NCBI GenBank assembly: GCA_947472735.1
Contig: CANJBY010000006.1
Coordinates: 14,803-78,802 of the forward strand
Direction of reading: 5' to 3'
Origin: Sphingomonadaceae bacterium
GTDB lineage: Bacteria; Pseudomonadota; Alphaproteobacteria; Sphingomonadales; Sphingomonadaceae
Length of the DNA stretch: 64,000 nucleotides
Shown here piece by piece: positions 7,325 through 14,584 of the stretch; positions within the stretch are counted from its first letter, which is position 1; every line of letters begins with the position of its first letter. The notes below the pieces were generated by a model. It saw only the letters and a program-made list of their open reading frames with translations. It ran no database searches and was not told the DNA's origin. The position numbers and the translations under genes were made by a program.

Positions 7325-9123
7325 GTAGGCGGGCCTCGCTGGCCCTTTCATTGCTGCTTGCCGTCCCGGCACCGTTGTTTGCCGCCAACGCGGAAACGCG
7401 CACCGCGAGTGTGACGTAAGACGCTCGGCTGGCCCGGGTCTTCTTTCTGGACGAGCGGCGCGAAGCTGCGCTCGATCCGCTGGCCGCCCTTTCGGGCGGG
7501 AACGACGCCGATATTCGCAACTTTGCGCGATTGTTCACCGATGCGCTCGACCGTGATCAACTGCAATCCGCCCGGACGGCTCTGGCACAAATTGCCCGCA
7601 TAGATCGCAAGCGCCTCAGCCCCGAGCGGCAGATTTCCTACGACACGTTCCTGCGCGACAAGCGGGAAGAAGTGGCCTTCCTCCAGCCCGATATCCGCGC
7701 GCTAACTGCCGTGCGTCCCCTCACCCACTTCGGCGGCCTGCACGAGGACCTCCCGACGATGGTCGGCAAAGGGGGCGGCCTGCCTTTTGAAACCGAAACC
7801 GATTACGCCAATGCCATCAACGTAGAGGAAGTCATCCCGACCGTCTTTGACCAGGCCATCGCCCGGTTCAGGCAAGGCATGGCCAGCGGCGTGGTCGAAT
7901 CCCGCCTGACGGTGGGTAACATGGTCGATCAGATAGATGCGATCCTGGCTCAGCCGGTAGAGTCGTCGCCATTCTATTCGCCCGTGCTGGCCTTTCCAGC
8001 CAGCATCCCGCAAGCGGACCGCCCGGTGTTGCGGACTCGCTATGCCCAGATCGTCGAGCAGAAACTCTACCCCGCTTATCGCCGCCTGCGCAGCTTCCTT
8101 GCCGACGAGTACATGCCCTCTGCCCGTGACACGATTGGGCTTTCGGCGCTTCCCGGCGGGCCCGGTCTTTATCGCAGACTGATCGAGCAGAAGACCACTT
8201 TGCCGCTGGACCCGGAGGCTGTCCACCGGATGGGTCTCGCCGAAGTGGCCCGGATCCAGGGCGAGATGGATAGCGTGAAGATCCGGCTCGGCTTCTCAGG
8301 CTCGCTCCGAGACTTCTTCGACGTTCTGCGGACCGACCCGCGCTTCCACCCGGCGAGTGCCCAGCAGCTTGCTCAGGGCTATGCCGACGTCTCGCGCAAG
8401 GTCGATGCGCAGTTGCCGCGGTTCTTTGACCACAAGCCGCGCGCCGGGCTGCTGATCGCGCCCTACCCTGCCTATCGCAACAAGTTCGAGGCTGGCGGCA
8501 GCTACAGCCAGGGCTCAGTTGACGGTGAAATCCCGGGTACGTTCTTCTTCAACACCTATGACCTCAAGAGCCGTTTCATCACCAGCATGACCACGCTCTA
8601 TCTTCACGAGGGAGTGCCTGGACATCATTTCCAGATCAGTCTCGCCCAGGAGAATGCCAATCTGCCCGATTTCCAGCGTTTTGGCGGCAGCACCGCATTT
8701 GTCGAAGGATGGGCGCTCTATGCCGAGACGCTCGGCTACGAGATGGGTCTCTACACAGACCCAATGCAGCACTGGGGCACGCTCGACGATGAAATGCTGC
8801 GAGCGATGCGGCTGGTGGTCGACACCGGCATCCACGCCAAGGGTTGGACGCGTGATCAGGTGGTCGAATACATGCTCGCCAACAGCGGGATGGGCCGCAC
8901 CGATGCCGAGACCGAGGTTGATCGCTACATTGCGATCCCCGCGCAGGCGCTGGCTTACAAGATCGGCGCCTTGACGATCCAGCGGTTAAGGCGCGAGGCC
9001 AGGGACCAGCTCGGCTCCAAGTTCGACATTCGCGCCTTCCACAATCAGGTCCTGGGTTCCGGCGCGATCCCATTGCCGGTACTTGAAAGCAAGATCAGAC
9101 GCTGGATCGCTGCGCGCCGCTGA
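7321..9123 (+). pseudogene. DUF885-family secreted protein gene interrupted by in-frame TAA at 7417..7419 (pseudogene or recoded)
   Basis: Listed ORF 7531..9123 contains the DUF885 core (HEGVPGHHFQISL, FVEGWALYAE, VDRYIAIPAQALAYKIG). The same frame extends upstream to GTG 7321, encoding the signal peptide VSRRASLALSLLLAVPAPLFAANA. Then comes TASVT*DARLARVFFLDERREAALDPLAALSGGN, which looks like the usual DUF885 N-terminal region with high GC3. Confidence 0.65.
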
Positions 9124-9143
9124 AGCACGATGGAAGGGGCAGA

Positions 9144-9806
9144 ATGAAGCACAGACTGGCCGGGGAAGCGCTGGGGAGCTTCCTGCTCTTAGCGACGGTT
9201 ATCGGCTCCGGGATTATGGCCGATCAGTTAGCGGGCGGAAACGTCGCGGTCGCTTTGCTGGGCAACACCCTGGCTACCGGCGCGATGCTCTACGTCCTCA
9301 TCACGATGCTCGGACCGGTTTGCGGCGCTCAGTTCAATCCGGCGGTGACGCTGGTGATGCGCCTGCGCGGCGAGTGCAGCTGGAAGGCCGCGGGCTTGAT
9401 GGTCGCGGCGCAACTGGGTGGGGGTATTCTTGGCGTTTGGATCGCGCACGCGATGTTCGACCTGCCCATTCTGCAGGCGTCGCAACACGTGCGCACCGGG
9501 CCGGGGCAATGGCTGGGAGAGTTCGTCGCCACCTTCGGCCTGCTGCTGACTATCGTGGGCACTTTGCGTCACCGACCAGAAGCGGTCCCCGCGTCGGTCG
9601 CGCTGTACATCACCGCAGCCTACTGGTTCACCTCGTCAACCAGCTTTGCCAATCCGGCGATCACCGTTGCCCGTGCGCTCAGCGACAGCTTTGCCGGGAT
9701 CGCCCTGGCTGACGTGCCGGCATTTATCGTGGCGCAGTTCGCCGGTGCCTTGGCGGCACATGGCGTGGCAAAGTGGCTCTTCCCCGCCGCCGCCGCCGCC
9801 GCCTAG
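9144..9806 (+). CDS. MIP/aquaporin family channel
   Basis: ORF of 220 aa with six hydrophobic segments and two NPA boxes (FNPAVT and FANPAIT). Confidence 0.9.
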   Translation: MKHRLAGEALGSFLLLATVIGSGIMADQLAGGNVAVALLGNTLATGAMLYVLITMLGPVCGAQFNPAVTLVMRLRGECSWKAAGLMVAAQLGGGILGVWIAHAMFDLPILQASQHVRTGPGQWLGEFVATFGLLLTIVGTLRHRPEAVPASVALYITAAYWFTSSTSFANPAITVARALSDSFAGIALADVPAFIVAQFAGALAAHGVAKWLFPAAAAAA

Positions 9807-11176
9807 CGGCGTTTGGGCATGTGTTTGCCGGCGAGGTAGAAGTGCAGGCCCGGCCAGACAGTGATCGCCATGGTGACCAACATCACCAGCTGCGTCGCGC
9901 GGACCATCGAGGAATGGCAGGCCTGCGCCACGGCCGCCGATGCGCCTTTCGCCGCCTCGCCCCCCGGACACGTCGTCATGAAATCCAGTCCGCCTAATCC
10001 CTTGAACAGATACGAGGCCACGAGATCGTTTGCGAGACCTGCCAGCAGCGGGCCCAGGCTGAACCCGATCAGGCCCATGATGATGGAAACCACCACCACC
10101 GCCTTGGCCCGGCCGCCCGGCGGAATGGCGTTGTGCAACACGGTATAGCTCGGTGCCAGGAACGTTGCATTGGCGAGCGCTCCGAGGAACATCCAAACCG
10201 CCAGCCACTGCCACGTCGGCTGGGCAAGCGAGATCACATAGAGCGGCGCGCCCAGGACCACCGTCAAGCCGGGAAACCACATCAGCCAGCGCTGGTCGCG
10301 CCGCGCGAGCCGCTGGGCGATCACCCCGCCGCCATAGGTGGAGATCGAAGCACCCAACATCATCGTCATCGCCATGATGAAGCCCCGCTGGGTGTAGGAG
10401 ATCGGGAACTTGCGCGCGAGGAACGGCCCGAGGAAGGTCGCGGTCGGGCTGGTGAAGACGGTCAGGACCACGAGCGCGATGATCATTTGCCGCAGCACCG
10501 GCGAGCGCCACATGATACCGATTACTTCGCCGTAGGGCACCGGACGAGAAAGATCGGCAGCCGGCTCAATGGCGACGTCGAGTTGCCCGCGCGGGGGCTC
10601 CTTCATGATCCGCCAGGCCAGTAAAGCCACCAGCAAACCAGGGAAGCCAACGATTCCGAAAGCGGCCCGCCAGCCCCAGTGATCGAGCACGACACCGCCC
10701 ATGATCATGCCGAGCAAGGCTCCGCCAGGATAGCCGAGCCCGAAGATGGCCAAGGCTTTGGTCCGGCGGTCCGGGGGAAAGTAATCGCTGATCAACGAGT
10801 GCGAGGCCGGCAGGCAGGCCGCCTCGCCCACCCCTACGCCCATGCGCGCGAACGTCAGCTGGAGAAAATTCGTACAGAGCCCCGAGAACCCGGTCATCAG
10901 CGACCAGAATGTGATGCAGATCGAGAGGATCTTCACCCGGTTCCACTTGTCCGCCAGCCGCGCCATCGGCAGCCCAAACACAAGCTGCACCGCGCTGAAA
11001 GCAAACCCGGTGAGAAAGCCGAGCTGCCAGTCAGCCAGCAGCAGTTCCTCCTTCACCGGCTGTGCGAGAATGCCGAAGATCGAACGGTCGATCGAAGAGA
11101 AGAAGTAGATCGTGAAGAGCATCCCGAGCGCCACAGTCGAGCTGCGGTCAGACCCGGCATTTGCGGCTTTTGGCAT
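9803..11176 (-). CDS. MFS transporter
   Basis: ORF of 457 aa with about 12 predicted TM helices. It has an MFS signature-like loop (GLPMARLADKWNRVK) and an N-terminal region resembling Spinster-like MFS proteins. Confidence 0.85.
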   Translation of the reverse strand: MPKAANAGSDRSSTVALGMLFTIYFFSSIDRSIFGILAQPVKEELLLADWQLGFLTGFAFSAVQLVFGLPMARLADKWNRVKILSICITFWSLMTGFSGLCTNFLQLTFARMGVGVGEAACLPASHSLISDYFPPDRRTKALAIFGLGYPGGALLGMIMGGVVLDHWGWRAAFGIVGFPGLLVALLAWRIMKEPPRGQLDVAIEPAADLSRPVPYGEVIGIMWRSPVLRQMIIALVVLTVFTSPTATFLGPFLARKFPISYTQRGFIMAMTMMLGASISTYGGGVIAQRLARRDQRWLMWFPGLTVVLGAPLYVISLAQPTWQWLAVWMFLGALANATFLAPSYTVLHNAIPPGGRAKAVVVVSIIMGLIGFSLGPLLAGLANDLVASYLFKGLGGLDFMTTCPGGEAAKGASAAVAQACHSSMVRATQLVMLVTMAITVWPGLHFYLAGKHMPKRR

Positions 11177-11309
11177 GGCTTTCCCCAGGCAACCCGTCTC
11201 GCGCAGGTTGTGCTTGATGGATAACGCGGGATCGGGTTATTTCAACTGTTAAGCAATTCGCATACCGGAAAACCGGTCCAGGCGTGTCTTGCCTATCGGG
11301 AGAAAAAAG

Positions 11310-12329
11310 ATGCCGAAATCGATCAATTACCGCCTGTACCTGCTTGCCGGAGCTGCCCTGCTCCTGTCCGCCACGCCGGTTTCCGCGCAGGTCGTAATAC
11401 CTGCCCAGCCCATACCGGTGCCCACGGCTGCCGACCGCCTGTTGCTGAAGGACGTAATCGACCTCCACGCGCATCTCGATCCCGACAGCTTCGGCCCGAA
11501 CAGCGCCCAGGCGGCGCGGCGGCTGGACGTGTTCCAGATGGCGCAACGCGCACGGCGTTTGGGCATGCGAGGCTTCGTGATCAAGCAGCACTACGATCAG
11601 ACCGCGCAGCTCGCCTATGTCACACGTCAGCAGTTTCCGGGGATCGAGGCTTTCGGGCAACTCTGCCTGAACCTGACGGTGGGCGGCCTCAACGTCGCCG
11701 CAATTCAGCACTTCGCCGAGGTTAAAGGCGGCTTCGCCCGGATCGTCGCCATGCCCACCTGGGACAGCGAGAACAACGTCCGCAGTTCGAAAACGCCGGA
11801 CCACGCGTTTGTCGCCGTGTCACGCAATGGCGAGCTTCTGCCTGAGACCAAGGCGGCCATCGCTGCCATCGCGGCGGCACGGACCCGCGATACCGGCGCC
11901 TCCTTTGCGCTATCGACCGGCCACATCGCAGCGAGCGAGGCGCTGTTGGTGATACGCGAGGCCCGCCGCCAGGGGATCGAGCGGATCGTTGTCACCCACG
12001 CTGCTGGTCCGCCAGTCAACATGACGCTCGACCAGATGCGCGAGGCGGTGAGCATGGGCGCCTACATCGAGTTCGTTGGCGGGTTCACCATCGGCGAACA
12101 TGCAATTCTGACACCGCAGCAGGTGCTCGAGGCCGTTCGGGCACTGGGCGCCGACCACATCATCGTCAGCAGCGATGGCGGGCAGATGAACCGGCCCTAC
12201 CCCGACGACATGATGGCGCTGTTTGCTGGCCAACTGCGCAAGGCGGGAGTCACATCTGCCGAGTTGCACACGATGATGGCAGACAATCCCGCGAAGCTGC
12301 TGGGGATACCCGTCAAGGCAAAGCGCTAG
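11310..12329 (+). CDS. secreted metal-dependent hydrolase-like protein (amidohydrolase superfamily-like)
   Basis: ORF 11289..12329. I chose ATG at 11310, preceded by GGGAGA. It has a signal peptide (LYLLAGAALLLSATPVSAQ) and a DLHAH metal-binding motif near the N-terminus of the mature part, with a later VTHA motif. The functional call is tentative. Confidence 0.55.
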   Translation: MPKSINYRLYLLAGAALLLSATPVSAQVVIPAQPIPVPTAADRLLLKDVIDLHAHLDPDSFGPNSAQAARRLDVFQMAQRARRLGMRGFVIKQHYDQTAQLAYVTRQQFPGIEAFGQLCLNLTVGGLNVAAIQHFAEVKGGFARIVAMPTWDSENNVRSSKTPDHAFVAVSRNGELLPETKAAIAAIAAARTRDTGASFALSTGHIAASEALLVIREARRQGIERIVVTHAAGPPVNMTLDQMREAVSMGAYIEFVGGFTIGEHAILTPQQVLEAVRALGADHIIVSSDGGQMNRPYPDDMMALFAGQLRKAGVTSAELHTMMADNPAKLLGIPVKAKR

Positions 12330-12808
12330 CTCGGTCGGCAGCGCTTGCCTTCATACTCGAAGCGGTTCTGAACGTAGGCGCGGCCGTTCCAGCGCAACAC
12401 GGGGAAGCAGAAGCCTGGTCCGCCGATCTGCAGGTCGGGCCAGTTGGCGATCCCGCGTGACGTGAGCGGCGTGGCCATCCCCTGCCCCTGACTGAGCAGG
12501 GTCCAGCCACCGTCGGCGCGTTTGGTCACCAGCCAGTAGCCGACTTCCGTCGCGCCGAAGCAATAGCTGCTTCCTTCGGAAATCAGCGCCTCTGGCCGAC
12601 CATCGCCGTTGAGGTCGGCGGCTAGTTCGATAGTTCCGGGGGTGTAAGCAGCAGTTCCCGGATCGCCGCAGGCGCTCCATTTTCCCCGCTGCAGCTTGAA
12701 TCCCGCAGCCCGGAAGGCTGCCGCGCGTTCCGCTGCCGTTAGATTTACGGGTGGTGGCGCGGGGCTGGTCCCGGCCAGCAAAAGCGCGGACAGAATGCCA
12801 GTAACCAT
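12326..12808 (-). CDS. hypothetical secreted protein
   Basis: ORF 12326..12832 with internal start MVTGILSALLLAGTSPA (signal-peptide-like). It contains DLNGDGRPE (an FG-GAP/VCBS-like calcium-binding motif) and conserved Cys residues. GC3 is high in this frame. Confidence 0.5.
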   Translation of the reverse strand: MVTGILSALLLAGTSPAPPPVNLTAAERAAAFRAAGFKLQRGKWSACGDPGTAAYTPGTIELAADLNGDGRPEALISEGSSYCFGATEVGYWLVTKRADGGWTLLSQGQGMATPLTSRGIANWPDLQIGGPGFCFPVLRWNGRAYVQNRFEYEGKRCRPS

Positions 12809-12884
12809 ACAGCCGGCCCTCCGATTGGACATTCAATCGGTCATCGTGCCACGGCGTAGTGAATTGTCCAGCCTCAGCTGCAGC

Positions 12885-14492
12885 CTAGGCCAGTGCTTCC
12901 GCGATCAGCTTGCGCGTGTTGGCGATGCCGTACAGTGCGATGAAGCTGCCCATGCGCGGCCCCTGGCTGGAGCCGAGCAGCGTCTCGTAGAGGCATTTGA
13001 ACCAGTCCCGCAGTTGCTCGAACCCGTAGTGCGGGTCCTTGCCGATCTCGTAGACGATGTTCTGCAGGTCCTCGGCGGTGGCGTCGTCGGAGGTTGCGGC
13101 AAGTTCCTCGTCGAGCGCGGCAAGCGCAGTGGCTTCGTTCGGTTCGGGCTTGCGCCGCTGGAGCGAGGGAGCGATGAAATCGCGGTTGTAGGCCAGCGCG
13201 CAGGTCACCAGCGTGTCGAGCGCGGGATGCGCAGCCGGGTCGGCATTATCGACGTAATTGGCTAGATAAGACCAGACCTGCTCGCGCGTGGCATTGGCAC
13301 CCAGCACGCCGACCAGGTTGAGTAGCAGGCCGTAAGTGACCGGCAGCTTTTCACCTGCACCGGCCGGCAGCGATTGGCCTTCGATTCCATTCGCGCCAAG
13401 CAGGTGCCAGACCGGATTACCCAACTGCTGCTCCACCGGCTGAGCGGCGAGCTTTTCGCGAAACTGCCAATATTCATCGACCGCGCGCGGGATCACCCCG
13501 ACGTGCAGGCTCTTCGCGCTCTTGGGCTCGCGGAACAGGTAGAAGCCGAGGCTCTCTTCGCTGCCGTAAGTCAGCCACTGCTCGATGGTCAGGCCGTTGC
13601 CCTTGGACTTGGAGATCTTCTCGCCATTCTCGTCAAGGAACAGCTCGTAGATCATGCCTTCGGGCGCGCGGCCGCCCAGCGCGCGGGCGATCTTGCCGCT
13701 CTCACGCACGGAATCGGTCAGGTCCTTGCCGCACATCTCGTAATCCACGCCCAATGCGACCCATCGCATCGCCCAGTCGACTTTCCATTGCAGCTTGGCC
13801 TGTCCACCAAGGATGCAATGTTCAATGGTCTCGCCGTGGTCGTCGAAGCGCACGATCCCGGCCTCGGCATCAACCACTTCAACCGGGACCTGCAACACCT
13901 GATGCGTCTTGGGGCTGATGGGCAGTACCGGCGAATAGGTCTGCCGCCGCTCCTCGCGAAGGGTCGGCAGCATGATGTCCATGATCGCTTGCCAGTTGCG
14001 CAGCACTCCCTTTAGCGCATCATCGAACATGCCCGAATTATAGCGATCGGAAGCCGAGACGAATTCGTAGTCGAAGCCGAAGCGATCGAGAAACTCGCGC
14101 AGCATCGCGTTGTTGTGATGCGCGAAGCTCTCGTACTTGTTGAATGGATCGGGGATCCGGCTGAGCGGGTGCCCGAGATAGGCCGTCAACAGGCCCTGGT
14201 TGGGCATATTGTCGGGCACCTTGCGCAGCCCGTCCATGTCGTCGCTGAAAGCCACAAGTCGGGTTGCTGCGCCGTCGCTTAGCGTTTCGTAGGCGCGGCG
14301 CACCAGTGTCGTGCGCAGCACTTCCTGGAACGTGCCGATATGCGGCAGGCCCGAGGGGCCGTAGCCGGTTTCGAACACCACAGGCGCGCCGGCGGGCTTG
14401 CCCTCAGGATACCGCTTCAGCAGCTTGCGAGCTTCATCGAACGGCCATGCCTTCGAAACCTGTGCGGCGGCGAGAAGATCGGTATCGGTCAT
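12885..14492 (-). CDS. lysK: lysine--tRNA ligase, class I
   Basis: Starts at MTDTDLLAAAQVSKAWPFDEARK within ORF 12885..14585. It has class I motifs PSGLPHIGTF (HIGH-like) and KISKSKGNG (KMSKS-like), and is about 535 aa. Confidence 0.9.
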   Translation of the reverse strand: MTDTDLLAAAQVSKAWPFDEARKLLKRYPEGKPAGAPVVFETGYGPSGLPHIGTFQEVLRTTLVRRAYETLSDGAATRLVAFSDDMDGLRKVPDNMPNQGLLTAYLGHPLSRIPDPFNKYESFAHHNNAMLREFLDRFGFDYEFVSASDRYNSGMFDDALKGVLRNWQAIMDIMLPTLREERRQTYSPVLPISPKTHQVLQVPVEVVDAEAGIVRFDDHGETIEHCILGGQAKLQWKVDWAMRWVALGVDYEMCGKDLTDSVRESGKIARALGGRAPEGMIYELFLDENGEKISKSKGNGLTIEQWLTYGSEESLGFYLFREPKSAKSLHVGVIPRAVDEYWQFREKLAAQPVEQQLGNPVWHLLGANGIEGQSLPAGAGEKLPVTYGLLLNLVGVLGANATREQVWSYLANYVDNADPAAHPALDTLVTCALAYNRDFIAPSLQRRKPEPNEATALAALDEELAATSDDATAEDLQNIVYEIGKDPHYGFEQLRDWFKCLYETLLGSSQGPRMGSFIALYGIANTRKLIAEALA

Positions 14493-14584
14493 GATCCGCC
14501 GCCTTTTGCGGAGATGGCGCAATTGTGCAAGGGCGAAGCGACCCCCGCTTGCCCCATGTTCCATTTCCGTTCTAAGCAAAGTCA

